Assembly: GCF_044704955.1 (NCBI RefSeq)
Contig: NC_091997.1
Span: 5,952,001-6,016,000, forward strand
Reading direction: 5' to 3'
DNA length: 64,000 bases
Source: Pristiophorus japonicus
Lineage: Eukaryota
Below, one piece after another: positions 1-12,200 of the stretch. The notes under the pieces were generated by a model. It saw only the letters and a program-made list of their open reading frames with translations, was not told where the DNA came from and did not search any database. The stretch's first letter is position 1. Each line of letters opens with the position of its first letter. A program made the translations under genes and the position numbers.

Positions 1-794
1 TCACCTAACCTAGCCAAGTCACTCTGCAGCCTAATAGCATCCTCCTCGCAGCTCACACTGCCACCCAACTTAGTATCATCCGCAAATTTGGAGATACATT
101 TAATCCCCTCGTCTAAATCATTTGTAAACAGCTGGGGCCCCAGCACAGAACCTTCCGGTACCCCACTAGTCACTGCCTGCCATTCTGAATAGTACCCATT
201 TACTCCTACTCTTTGCTTCCTGTCTGCCAACCAGTTCTCAATCCACGTCAACACGCTACCCCCAATCCCATGTGCTTTAACTTTGCACATTAATCTCTTG
301 TGTGGGACCTTGTCGAAAGCCTTCTGAAAGTCCAAATACACCACATCAGCTGGTTCTCCCTTGTCCACTCTACTGGAAACATCCTCAAAAAATTCCACAA
401 GATTTGTCAAGCATGATTTCCCTTTCACAAATCCATGCTGACTTGGACCTATCATGTCACCTCTTTCCAAATGCGCTGCTATGACATCCTTAATAATTGA
501 TTCCATCATTTTACCCACTACTGATGTCAGGCTGACCGGTCTATAATTCCCTGTTTTCTCTCCCTCCTTTTTTAAAAAGTGGGGTTACATTGGCTACCCT
601 CCATTCCATAGGAACTAATCCAGAGTCAATGGAATGTTGGAAAATGACTGTCAATGCATCCGCTATTTCCAAGGTCAACTCCTTAAGTACTCTGGGATGC
701 AGTCCATCAGGCCCTGGGGATTTATCGTCCTTCAATCCAAACAATTTCGCAACACAATTTCCCGACTAATAAGGATTGCTTTCAGTTCCTCCTT
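1..794 (-). mobile_element. CR1-clade LINE fragment (RT region), antisense insertion in HSP30 copy A
   Basis: ORF 541-744 (KSPGPDGLHPRVLKE...[13 protein letters not shown]) is a CR1 ORF2 motif; near-identical to 15552-16341. Confidence 0.9.
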
Positions 795-1247
795 ATGAAG
801 ACGGTCAATGAAGACGGTAAAAGCCAATCAGAGGGCAAGGATGGAGATGGCTTTTCTCTGTCCCTGGATGTTCAGCGGCTCTCCCCAGAAGAACTGAAGG
901 TGAAAGTACTTGGAAGAAAAGTGCTGGTGACAGGAAAACACGAGAAGAAAAGTGATGATGGGAGCGGCTCTTACAGCTACAAATATGAAGAGTTCAGGAG
1001 AGAATTTCAGCTGCCAGAAGATGTCGATGCTCAAGCTCTTAACTGCTGTTTGTCACAGGACGGTCGGTTAAAGGTTCAAGCCCCACGCCTGGCACTGCCA
1101 GCTGTGAATGGACGAACCGTCCCCATCAACATCACCTCTGATACAACAACCGCTCCCCGACTAAACCCAGGCAAAGAGGCACAGAAACAGGACGGTGGAA
1201 AGGATGAGGGGAACAAGGAAGAGGCGGAAGGAAAAAAGGACATTTAA
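795..1247 (+). pseudogene. HSP30/HSPB9-like small heat-shock gene copy A: 3' part (ACD plus tail) downstream of a CR1 insertion; 150-aa ORF still open
   Basis: FSLSLDVQRLSPEELKVKV...GKHE...FRREFQLPEDVD...LSQDGRLKVQAP is an ACD, followed by a V-P-I motif; AATAAA at 1431-1436; 5' part lies outside the window. Confidence 0.85.
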
Positions 1248-1594
1248 GACTCATTTACATTAATATTTTCTCATATATAAGAAACAATATATGCAGAAAT
1301 TAGTTTAAGACAATGATATGAAGTCACAATGATAAACATTAATTCTTGTTTTTATCTTGTATTTCTCAAATTGTTCACTATGCCATTATTCACATTAGAC
1401 GGTATTATAATTATATATGTGTATTGAGCCAATAAATATTTTGGAACAGTGATGTCCATGATTCACCTTGTTAACTTGTTAAATAGATAATATTACACAA
1501 TTCAAAAACTAGCCACTTACTTCCTTTCACTCTCAGTAAAGGCACTCATTTGAATTTGGCTTAACTTAGAAACAGAAACAGGATTCAAAAAGTT

Positions 1595-2275
1595 AGTATG
1601 CAGATAGAGCAAGTAATCAGGAAGGCAAATGGAATGTTGGTCTTTATTGCAAGGGGGATAGAGTATAAAAGCAGAGAAGTCCTGCTACAACTGTACAGGG
1701 TATTGGTGAGGCCACACCTGGAGTACTGCGTACAGTTTTGGTCTCCGTATTTAAGGAAGGATATACTTGCATTGGAGGCTGTTCAGGGAAGGTTCAGTCG
1801 GTTGATTCCGGGGATGAGGGGGTTGACTTTTGAAGCTAGGTTGAGTAGGTTGGGCTTATACTCATTGCAGTTTAGAAGAATGAGAGATGATCTTCTCGAA
1901 ACATATCAGATAATGATGGGGCCCGACAAGGTGGATACAGAGAGGGTATTTCCACTCATAGGGGAAACTAATACTAGGGACATAGTCTCAGAATAAAGGG
2001 CCGCTCATTTCAAACTGAGATGAGAAGGAATTTCTTCTCAGAGGGTTGTAAATCTATGGAATTCTCTGCCCAGAGAGGTGTTGAGGCTGTGTCATTGAAT
2101 ATATTTGAGGCTGAGATAGACAGATTTTTGAGTGATAAGGGAATAAAGGGTTATGGGGAGAGGGCAGGGAATTGGAGCTGAGTCCATGATCAGATCAGCC
2201 ATGATCTTATTAAATGGCAGAGCAGGCTCAAGGGGCCAGATGGCCTACTCCTGCTTCTATTTCTCATGTTCTTAT
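1595..2275 (+). mobile_element. CR1 LINE 3' fragment (paralogues 17142-17822 and, inverted, 27377-27794)
   Basis: LYRVLVRPHLEYCVQFWSP CR1 C-terminal motif followed by the CR1 3' UTR. Confidence 0.9.
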
Positions 2276-2733
2276 ATGTAAAGATCTGCCTCAGACTGAA
2301 CTCAGTCCGGTAAAACGTGTGAAAACATTGTACAGACCCACTGCACCAATAGCTGAGTACATCTCTGTGCCCAGAGACATTCACTGCAGCCTCACAATGA
2401 CCAGCAATAACAGCCCATCTTCCAACACAGGCACCAGACGGCCCACCATTCATTTAGTGCATGGTCGTAACCCTTTCATTGGCGTTATCTGCTCAATATA
2501 AATAACTGGGAGGAAAAGCAAAGTTACTTGCTGTGTAAGCATGTTTCTTAAAGTTTAAGTTAAATAGTATTACCAATCCTTCACCCTTCAGCCCTCTATC
2601 TTTAAGTATCAATGAGATCATAAAACCATGCAATAGTACAGCACAGAAGGACATTTGGCCCATCGTGTCTGTGCTGTCTCTTTTGAAGAGTAATCTAGTT
2701 AGTCCCTTTCTTGCTCTTTCCCCATATCCCTGC

Positions 2734-2945
2734 TGTTGTATATGGAGAAAGAGTCAAACTGAACACTGTGAGCTCAAAGTAAAGTGTTACCTTCGTCTTT
2801 TACTGCAGGTCTCCAGAGTACCTCTCCTACCTGTGAAGCCTCCTTCAATACCTGTGCTCCCAAGGGATTATGGGATCCCTTGGGACTCCAGGAGATGAGC
2901 CCTCTGGTGGCTGTACAGAGTAGATGCAAGTTTACCTATATAACA
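2734..2945. mobile_element. Solo LTR, 212 bp (paralogue 18281-18491)
   Basis: TGTTG...TAACA termini; 5-bp TSD CCTGC at 2729-2733 and 2946-2950; empty site in the inverted paralogue at 26921-26925. Confidence 0.85.
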
Positions 2946-3937
2946 CCTGCAATTTTACCTCCTTCAAACATTTATCCCATTCACTTTTGAAGGCTACGAC
3001 TGAATCTCTCTCCATCAGCCTATCAGGCAGTGCGACCCAAATCCTAACCAGGCGTCGAGTTAAAACGGTTTTTCCTCACGTTGCCTCTTGTTCTTTTGAT
3101 AATTTTCTTAAATCTGTGCCCTCTCCTGATCGACCCTGTGTAATAATTCTCGCAGTGTCAGTCAGCGGTGAGATTGCTTCGGTAAATTTACTGTGTTACA
3201 GCATCGGACAAACTGCTCGTGTTTAGGCTGCTGCAGGACAGCTGGAAACATCAGTAACCGTATCACAGCTCCCAGAGTACACATGAGCAATGCCACAGGA
3301 GGTCAAGAAGTAAAGTATTAAATGGTGTACAGTCTGTAAACTCAGAATATGAACTTAAGTCAACCCTGGAATATATTTAATTGTTACACTAGCCAAACAC
3401 AGCAAGGAATAAAGATTCATGTTGCAGTCCATAGGAGACGGGTTTGTGTATGGATACAGTCAAGGAACCATTTACCAAGTTATGGTGTTGGGAGTGGGGT
3501 TACCAACTCTCCTTGAAGGCATTCCTGGAGATTTGATCATGTCACATTCTGATCACATGACATCTGAGCATGTGATGCCGGATCATGTGTCATCTGATCA
3601 CATGATCCAATGTCTATCCCATTCACTTTGAAATGTAGTTTTAGTCACTACCTCAATAGCCACATGTGGTGAAGGATCCCACGGTCCAATAGCCGTCAGT
3701 TGAAGAAGCTCCCTCCTCCCTTCCACCTTGTTTCTTTCAGTGTGAACTTTTGGTTTCCGTTCCTAAATTCCCCATTTGCCTACCAGTGTAATCAACCTCT
3801 CACTATTTACCTACAGTGAAGTCTCCAGGTTTCACGCAGCCCTTTATTGGCTGCTGCTCTCTCAATACCGCTCGCACTCATCACCTTGCTGCTGTTGCTC
3901 CCGCTCTGCGGAAAATGCTGGTCCCCACCTGCCATGT

Positions 3938-5702
3938 ATAATGAGGAACAAAGAAATGGCAGACCAATTGAACAAATACTTAGGTTCTGTTTTCACGAAG
4001 GAAGACACAAATAACCTTCTGGAAGCACTAGGGGACCGAGGGTCTAGTGAGAAGCAGGAACAGAAGGATATCCTTATTATGCGGGAAATTGTGTTCGGGA
4101 AATTGATGGGATTGAAGGCCAATAAATCCCCGGGGGCCTGATAGCCTGCATCCCACAGTACATAAGGAAGTGGCCCTAAAAATAGTGGATGCATTGGTGA
4201 TCCTTTTCTAACAGTCTATTGACTCTGGATCAGTTCCTATGGACTGGAGGGTAGCTAATGTAACACCACTTTTTAAAAAAGGAGGGTGAGAGAAAACGAG
4301 TAATTATAGACCGGTTAGCCTGACATCAGTAGTGGGGAAAATGTTGGAATCAGTTATTAAAGATGAAATAACAGCACATTTGGAAAGCAGTGACAGGATC
4401 GGTCCAAGTCAACATGGATTTATGAAAGGGAAATCAGCTTGACAAATCATCTGGAATTTTTTGAGGATGTAACTAGTAGAGTGGACAAGGGAGAACCAGT
4501 GAATGTGGTGTATTTGGATTTTCAGAAGGCTTTTGACAAGGTCCCACACAAGGGATTGGTGTGCAAAATTAAAGCACATGGTATTGGGGTAATGTACTGA
4601 CGTGGATAGAGAACTGGTTGGCAGACAGGGAGCAGAGAGTCGGGATAAACGGGTCCTTTTCAGAATGGCAGGCAGTGACTAGTGGGGTGTCGCAGGGCTC
4701 AGAGCTGGGAACTCAGCTATTTACAATATACATTAATGATTTGGATAAAGAAATTGAGTGTGATATCTTAAAGTGTGCAGATGACACTAAGCTGGGTGGC
4801 GGTGTGAGCTGTGAGGGGGATGCTAAGAGGCTGCAGGGTGACTTGGACAGGTTAGGTGAGTGGGCAAACGCATGGCAGATGCAGTATAATGTGGATAAAT
4901 GTGAGGTTATCCACTTCGGGGGCAAAAACACAAAGGCAGAATATTATCTGAATGGCGGCAGACTAGGAAAAGGGGAGGTGCTCCGAGACCTGGGTGTCAT
5001 GGTACATCAGTCATTGAAAGTTGGCATGCAGGTACAGCAAGCGGTGAAGAAGGCAAATGGTATGTTGGCCTTCATAGCTAGGGGATTTGAGTATACGAGC
5101 AGGGAGGTCTTACTGCAGTTGTACAGGGCCTTGGTGAGACCTCACCTGGAATATTATGTTCAGTTTTGGTCTCCTAATCTGAGGAAGGACGTTCTTGCTA
5201 TTGAGGGAGTGCAGCAAAGATTCACCAGACTTATTCCCGGGATGGCTGGACTGATATATGAGGAGAGACTGGGCCTGTATTCACTGGAGTTTAGAAGGTT
5301 GAGCAGGGATCTCATATAAACATATGAAATTCGGACGGGACTGGACAGGTTAGATGCAGGAAGAATGTTCCCGATGTTGGGGAAGTCTAGAACCAGGGGA
5401 CACAGTCTAAGGATAAGGGGTAAGCAATTTAGGACTGAGATGAGGATAAACTTCTTCACTCAGAGAGTTGGTAACCTTTGGAATTCCTGCCGCAGAGAGT
5501 GGTTGAGGCCAGTTCGTTAGATATATTCAAGAGGGAGTTAGATATGGCCCTTACAGCTGAAGGGATCAAGGGGTATGGAGAGAAAGCAGGAAAGGAATAC
5601 TGAGGTGAATGATCAGCCATGATCTTATTGAATGGTGGTGCAGGTTCGAAGGGCCGAATGGCCTACTCCTGCACCTATTTTCTATGTTTCTATATTTCTG
5701 TG
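3938..5702 (+). mobile_element. 5'-truncated, decayed CR1 LINE (paralogue ~19482-21252)
   Basis: RT motifs SGVSQGSxLG and (F/C)ADDTKL, CR1 C-terminus, TTTCTATG tail. Confidence 0.92.
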
Positions 5703-5925
5703 TATGTAAATTATTTGTATTCACTATGTAACTATGTACGATGTACCACCTGAGGGCGCTGCTGTTGGAGGCCCCAGGGGTTTCCTGCCCTGGTGTGCAG
5801 GGGCATAGACAAGGCAGCCAGCCATGCTGCCCCTCACTTTGCAGTCGTATAAAATGGACTGAAATCACACAGCTCTCATGGTACAAGGCCTCGTGGAGTT
5901 ATTCGATGGTAATTGCAGACATAAT
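5703..5925 (+). mobile_element. Degenerate Gypsy-type solo LTR (paralogue ~21253-21476)
   Basis: Shares blocks CCACCxGAGGGCxCT, AAATGGACT and CCTCGTGGAGT with the LTRs at 9266-9537 and 13152-13445. Confidence 0.55.
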
Positions 5926-5946
5926 CCGACCATCACTCCACTTGCA

Positions 5947-6372
5947 CCTGAACCAGAAGGAGTTGGGTTCAAGCCCCAGTCTATCGGACTCAGCACATAA
6001 TTTAGGCTGACACTTCAGTGATGGAATGCTGCACTGTTGGAGGCGCCATCTTTCAGATGGGACATTAAACTCAAGCCCCATCTGCCCTCTTGGGTGGAAG
6101 TAAAAGATCCCATGACACTATTCAAAGAACAGCTGCAGAATTCTCACAGATTCCTGGCCAACATTGGCCCCTCAACCAAACCCAACAAAAACAGATTATC
6201 TGCTCATTTCTCACATTGTGTGTGTGAGACTCTGCTCGTTGTAACATGTGCTGCTGCATGTGGCTACATTGCAACAATGACCGCACTTCAAAAGGATCTA
6301 ATCGGATGTGAAGCACTTTGAGATATCCTGAGTGCATGGAAGGTGCTATATCAATGCAAATTCTTGCTTTCT
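5947..6372 (+). mobile_element. DeuSINE (SacSINE1-like) SINE
   Basis: tRNA-like GGGTTCAAG box, Deu-domain block (GCTGCACTGT...TAAAAGATCCCATG), L2-like tail GCTATATxAATGCAA; family recognised from memory. Confidence 0.75.
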
Positions 6373-6743
6373 TTATACAGAAATAATATATTTTTAAACA
6401 TAAATTCGTGGAAAATAAAGCTGCGATGAGTTTAGAAAGAAATTATATATTTTGTTATGAGATTCGCAAATACAACAAAAATATAATAAAATTCTCATGA
6501 ATATAGAATCATACAGCATAGATGGATTCCATTCAGAGATTTGTACTTTAGTCCCACAATATGCAACTTAAAATATAACGCTCGTAATCAAGAAAAGATA
6601 TTGTTAACAGAAAGCATTTTTCAGACATACAGAATGAACAGAATGATTCACTTTCTCAGTTTTACACAAATTCACTTGAAGCTCATTTCCCCCAGTATAA
6701 AATTTCTCTGTGATGTGCGGCACAAGTTCACTGTAAATGAGTA

Positions 6744-7406
6744 TCAACAGTCCTCATTCCTTTCAGCCTGTGTCTTGTTCTCAACAACCAGGCCCCTGTC
6801 CTGTTTCTGTGCCTCTTTGCCTGGGTTTAGTCGGGGAGCGGTTGTTGTATCAGAGGTGATGATGATGGGGACGGTTCGTCCATTCACAGCTGGCAGTGCC
6901 AGGCGTGGGGCTTGAACCTTTAACCGACCGTCCTGTGACAAACAGCAGTTAAGAGCTTGAGCATCGACATCTTCTGGCAGCTGAAATTCTCTCCTGAACT
7001 CTTCATATTTGTAGCTGTAAGAGCCGCTCCCATCATCACGTTTCTTCTCGTGCTTTCCTGTGACCAGCACTTTTCTTCCAAGTACTTTCACCTTCAGTTC
7101 TTCTGGGGAGAACCGCTGGACATCCAGGGACAGAGAAAAGCCATCTCCATCCTTGTCCTCTGATTGGCTTTTACCATCTTTATTGTCATCAGGTCTGTTG
7201 TCCTGATATTTTGGTCTTCCCTCCCAGAATTCTTTGGCCAGCTCCCCAAGAACTCGGTTCATGAAGTTCATGCTCTTTCTCACTTCTTCCTCCTGTTCCC
7301 ACCTGTTGCATTGAAACGGCTCAAAGACTGTGTGTGGGACAGGCCACAATGTGCACACAGGCTGCTGGCACAGACGTGAAGGGTGGACAGCCCGACAGCT
7401 CAGCAT
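6744..7406 (-). CDS. Intact intronless HSP30/HSPB9-like small heat-shock protein, copy B (220 aa)
   Basis: ATG at 7406 (MLSCRAVH...), complete ACD, TATA box and HSEs upstream; the ORF-track start at 7427 is a GTG. Confidence 0.9.
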   Translation of the reverse strand: MLSCRAVHPSRLCQQPVCTLWPVPHTVFEPFQCNRWEQEEEVRKSMNFMNRVLGELAKEFWEGRPKYQDNRPDDNKDGKSQSEDKDGDGFSLSLDVQRFSPEELKVKVLGRKVLVTGKHEKKRDDGSGSYSYKYEEFRREFQLPEDVDAQALNCCLSQDGRLKVQAPRLALPAVNGRTVPIIITSDTTTAPRLNPGKEAQKQDRGLVVENKTQAERNEDC

Positions 7407-7500
7407 TGTCTCTGCCTCTTCTATCACTTCTCACAAACACGACTGATGTGAACTCCCGGTCTTCAGTCTCTGATCTGCTACAGCACTCAGAACACCCGCC

Positions 7501-7672
7501 TTATATATTGCACTCCCAGAACTCCAGACACTTCCAGAATTAGCTCAACATTGCTGGGGTTATGACACGTGAGCAGAAAATAACCGAGGTCTCATCTCAG
7601 CCTTGCTTTAAACAAGAATGACTGGGATTCAGTGACACCCACTGGTGCAATTCCAGAGACTTGTGGAATGTA
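7501..7672 (-). promoter_or_regulatory. Heat-shock promoter of copy B
   Basis: TATATAA 7501-7507; HSE-like TTCtgGAAgtGTCtgGAG at ~7518-7540; CACGTG E-box; distal HSE-like array at ~7650-7670. Confidence 0.8.
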
Positions 7673-8273
7673 CTCACCCAGTGACAGCACAGGTGGGAGG
7701 GGCAAATGATTGACAGCCCAGTACAAGGCAGACTGTGTGGTGAAGGGGTGTTTGCTGAGAAATGGATGTGTTCAACTTAGTGAATGATAAACTAACTTTG
7801 TGAGATAATGAAGAGTCGGTCAGTGACTTTCTAGCTTGCTATTTTCAGTCATGTTCAAGATATTAAAGTGATATTTAACCACAGCAGAGCAGAGTGATCA
7901 GAAAGAATGAAATTCAGATCAGTTTGGTTTAAATTAAGTGGTGTTCTGATTCTGCCCAATAGAGGGCCATTAATTCCCTTGTAATTTGATTAATTTGTGT
8001 GAGACTTATCTTCAGTTTACAGAATTGAGTCTTGTGAAACCGACAATTCAAAAGAGATGGATATAACTTTTACCCTCACGGGGTAATCCTTACTTAAGAA
8101 CAATAACACTGGTACAAGTAACAGTAATAGTATGGCTAACAGTTTATCTACTTTACATTCAAGCAATTTTAAGCAAAAACCCACGTGTAGCTAATACCAA
8201 CGGTGGTCAGGTTCTCAGTGATCTACTCGGTGGCTCTCCACAGCCCCGTATCACTTTCTTCACAGCGCAAGTG

Positions 8274-8945
8274 CATCATCATTATCATCATCAGAGGCAG
8301 TCCCTCGGAATCGAGGAAGCCTTGCTTTCACTCTAAAAGTGAGTTCTCAGGTGACTGAGGAGTCCAAGGCGGGAATTACAGTCTCTGTCGCAGGTGGGAC
8401 AGACAATGGTTGAAAGAAAGGGTGGGTGGTGAGTCTGGTTTGCCGCACACTCCTTCCGCTGCCTGCACTTATTTTCTGCCTGCTCTCACCGCCGGGATTC
8501 GAGGTGCTCAGCGCCCTCCCGGATGCTATTCCTCCACTTATGGCGGTCTTTGGCCAGCGTCTCCCAGGTGTCGGTCGGCATGTTGCACAATATCAAGGAG
8601 GCTTCGGGGGTGTCCTTGAAACGTTTCCTTTGCCCAGCTGGGAGTTCCAAGTAGAACGCTTGCGTTGGAGTCTTGTGTCGGGCATACGAACAATATGGCC
8701 CGCCCAACAGAGCTTGTCGAGTGTGGTCAGTGCTTCTGACGTTGGCCTGATCGAGAACACTGACGTTGGTGCGTCTGTCATCCCAGGGGATTTGTAGGCT
8801 CTTGCGGAGACACCGTTGGTGGTATTTCCCGAGCGATTTGACCATAAGCTTGGTGCCAGATTTGAGGTGACCGAAGGCTGCGCTGTTGCACTGGAGGCAG
8901 TGTTGAACCTCGTCGCCAATGTCTGCACTTGCTGATAAATGCAAG
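8274..8945 (-). mobile_element. RTE-clade LINE 3' fragment (inverted paralogue 22580-23258)
   Basis: KYHQRCLRK..QIPWDDRRTNVSVL and WAGHIVRMPDTR motifs; (ATG)n tail. Confidence 0.85.
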
Positions 8946-9265
8946 TACTGCTAAAACTTGGCAACTGGCCCACTACGTGCGTGTGTTTTTCTTCATTTTC
9001 TGATTATCAATAGTCCTTTCATTAAAAGAAAAAGTAATGTCTGAGAAAAGGTTGTTTTCACTCAGCTTTATCGGGACCCAAGTGGTGAGAATAGTCTGAA
9101 GAACGGTTGGTTGAATAGCTTTCCTTTTCTCACAGACACTTCCCAAGGTCTCCTTTCTGAAAAGCGGTCTTGCAGCTGCAATATTTCTCACCTGGCCTCG
9201 CCAGGTATACTGGGTTATCAGAATTTGGTCAGCTTTTAATTTCGGCCATTTTAAAGCACAGTGAC

Positions 9266-12200
9266 TGTCATATATCGAGACATGTGATGTGCCACCAGAG
9301 GGCACTACTATGGGAAACTTGTACAGCAGCTGTATGGTCACTAAGGTGTGCCACCAGAGGGCACTGCAGTGGGAGACTTGTAGGTTACCTGTACAGGTGT
9401 GCCTGGCCTAGTATAAAAGGCAGGCCGCCATGTATGATCTTCACTCAGGAGTTATATTAAATGGACTTAGGTCACTACAGTTCAGGTGCAATACATTGCC
9501 TCGTGGAGTCATTATCAGAGCATCTAAAGATATAACAATTGGCGACGAGATTATGGACTTTCACGCGAAAATGGCTACCCTTGGTACGTTGCAGCAGTTC
9601 GCCGATGGTGACAATTGGGATGCCTTTGTGGAGAGGCACGACCATTCCTTCACAACAAACGACCTGGCAGACGATAATTTGGACACACTGGCTGCTCACC
9701 AGTTGTGGGCCCACCGTCTATGGCCTCGTCAGGGACTTGCTGGCACCAGCGAAGACAACGACCAAGACGTACGAGGTGCTCGTAACTCTGATCCAAGAAC
9801 AACTCAAGCCCAAAGTGAGCATCCTCACAGCCAGACACCGGTTTTATACCCACCGACGGCCCGAAGGCCAGGAAATCGCAAAACATGCTGCAGACCTCAG
9901 GAGGCTGACGGCAACGTATGATTTCGGCGGACACCTCACCGAAGCGCTGTGGGATATCTTTGTCATCGGAATCGGCCACGAGGGCCTTCTTCACAGGCTA
10001 CTGTCGGCGGATACCACAGTCACACTGCAGAAGGCCATCTCCGTGAGCCAGACATTCATGACCTCGACCTGCGGCTTTAGGCAGATGACTCATCCTCAGG
10101 ACTCAAACCCGGCAAGTACCAGCACAGCACCCGAGGCACAGAGCGCTCAGCACGACTGCGTGGAGATGATCCAGCTGAGACAACCCAAACGCACCTTCCG
10201 GGCTCCAGTGGCAGGACTCCGGAGGAAGAAAACCGGATCCAAAGGCGACTTCCCAGCATCGGTGGCAGAACCCGGGAAGAAGAGGATCACAGCAGTCGGC
10301 ATCGTGGATGGAAGAAAGATGGCGCCCAAACCACGAGGTGAATCGCTGAAGAAAAAGATAGCGGCAGCCAGACCACGAGGTGCAGCGCTGATGGAGCAAC
10401 ACGTGGTACCAAGCGAAGAAGAGGATTGGGGTAAAGATAGCAAGGCTCCCATAAAGGAGGCCCCAGCAAACCACCACACTTAAAGGGACAGTCTACAGTC
10501 TCAATCAATGTAATAGTAACTGTGAATTCAATGTAAAGCTTGTAATTGATGATCAGAGTTTTATACGTGTAATAAGCAAAGAAAAGTCATGTGATTGCGA
10601 TCGGAGCTACAGTTTATCTACAATAAGTAATGAAACGCTGTGCGATGTAGGATTTCAACAGTATTCAGATAATGTAGCGGGCAAACACCCATCGGGAGCA
10701 CACAAGTTCAGCGGGCTAACCAATGCTGTTGCCTGTGTCCCTGGGACCAGAGTGATGCACCACGGAGTGTGGCCAAAAGCGGCTAATATAGACAAGCTGC
10801 AGAGCACGCGATCTCAGGAGGGCAATGGCACCGGTATCGATACCCTGCCCCTGATCGGCTCCACGTCTCAGGCACCCGATGGCACCAACCGCCACGAGCC
10901 TGAAAGAGCAAACTGCGCTAAGGCGCAGTCCCCAGACCCTATTGCCTCCAAGGCTACACCTGCAATGGTTCTCCCAAATGGGACCGGGACCAGCCAGCAT
11001 CCCAAACCAAGTAACGCCCAGGCAAGCGAATCATAGAAACATTGAAAGTAGGTGCAGGAGTAGGCTAGTCAGCCCTTCAAGCCTGCACCACCATTCAATA
11101 TGATCATGGCTGAACATGCAACTTCAGTACCCCATTCCTGCTTTCTCTCCATACCCCTTGATCCTTTTAGCCGTAAGGGCCACTACTAACTCCATTTTGA
11201 ATATATCTAACAAACTGGCCTCAACAACTTTCTGTGGTAGAGAACTCCACAGGTTCACAATTCTCTGAGTGAAGAAGTTTCTCCTCATCTCAGTCCTAAA
11301 TTGCTTACCCTTTATCCTTAGACGGTAACCCCTGCACTTCCCCAACATCGGGAACATTCTTCCTGCATTTAACCTGTCCAATCCCGTCAGAATTTTATAT
11401 GTTTCTATGAGATCACCTCTCATTCTGCTAAATTCCAGTGAATATAAGCCTAGTCGATCCAGTCTTTCTTCATATATCAGTCCTGCCATCCCAGGAATCA
11501 GTCTGGTGAACCTTCGCTGCACTTCCTGAATAGCAAGAATGACCTTCCTCAGATTAGGAGACCAAAACTGAACACAATATTCCAGATGTGGCCTCACCAA
11601 GGCCCTGTACAACTGCAGTAAGACCTCCATGTTCCAATACTCAAATCCTCTTGCTATGAAGGCCAACATGCCATTTGCCTTCTTCACCGCCTGCTGTACC
11701 TGCATGCCAACTTTCAATGACTGATGTACCACGACACCCAGGTCTCATTGCACCTCCCCTTTTCCTAATCTGTCACCATTCAGATAATATTCTGCCTTCC
11801 TGTTTTTGCCACCAAAGTGGATAACCTCACATTTATCTACATTATACTGCATTTGCCAAACATTTTCCTACTCATCTAACCTGTCCAAGTCACCCTGCAG
11901 CCTCTTAGCATCCTCCTCACAGCTCACACTGCCACCCAGCTTTGTGTCATCTGCAAACTTGGAGATATTACATTCAATTCCTTCGTCTAAATCATTAATG
12001 TATATTGTAAAGAGCTGGGGTCCCAGCACTGAACCTTGCGGTACCTCACTAGTCACTGCCTGCCATTCTGAAAAGGACTCGTTTATTCCTACTCTTTGCT
12101 TCCTGTCTGCCAACCAGTTCTCTATTCACGTCAATACATAACCCCCAGTACCATGTGCTTTAATTTTGCACACTAATCTCTTATGTGGGACCTTATCAAA

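Larger units (their letters stand above)
1..6265 (+). repeat. Direct segmental duplication, paralogous to 15552-21816
   Basis: Colinear match of genes, repeats and unique DNA at an offset of ~15.55 kb, with scattered substitutions and small indels. Confidence 0.95.

Noticed and set aside
2190-3631. Short ORFs recurring in three places
   Set aside because: Recurrence is explained by segmental duplication; no recognisable domains, and several differ in frame or length between copies
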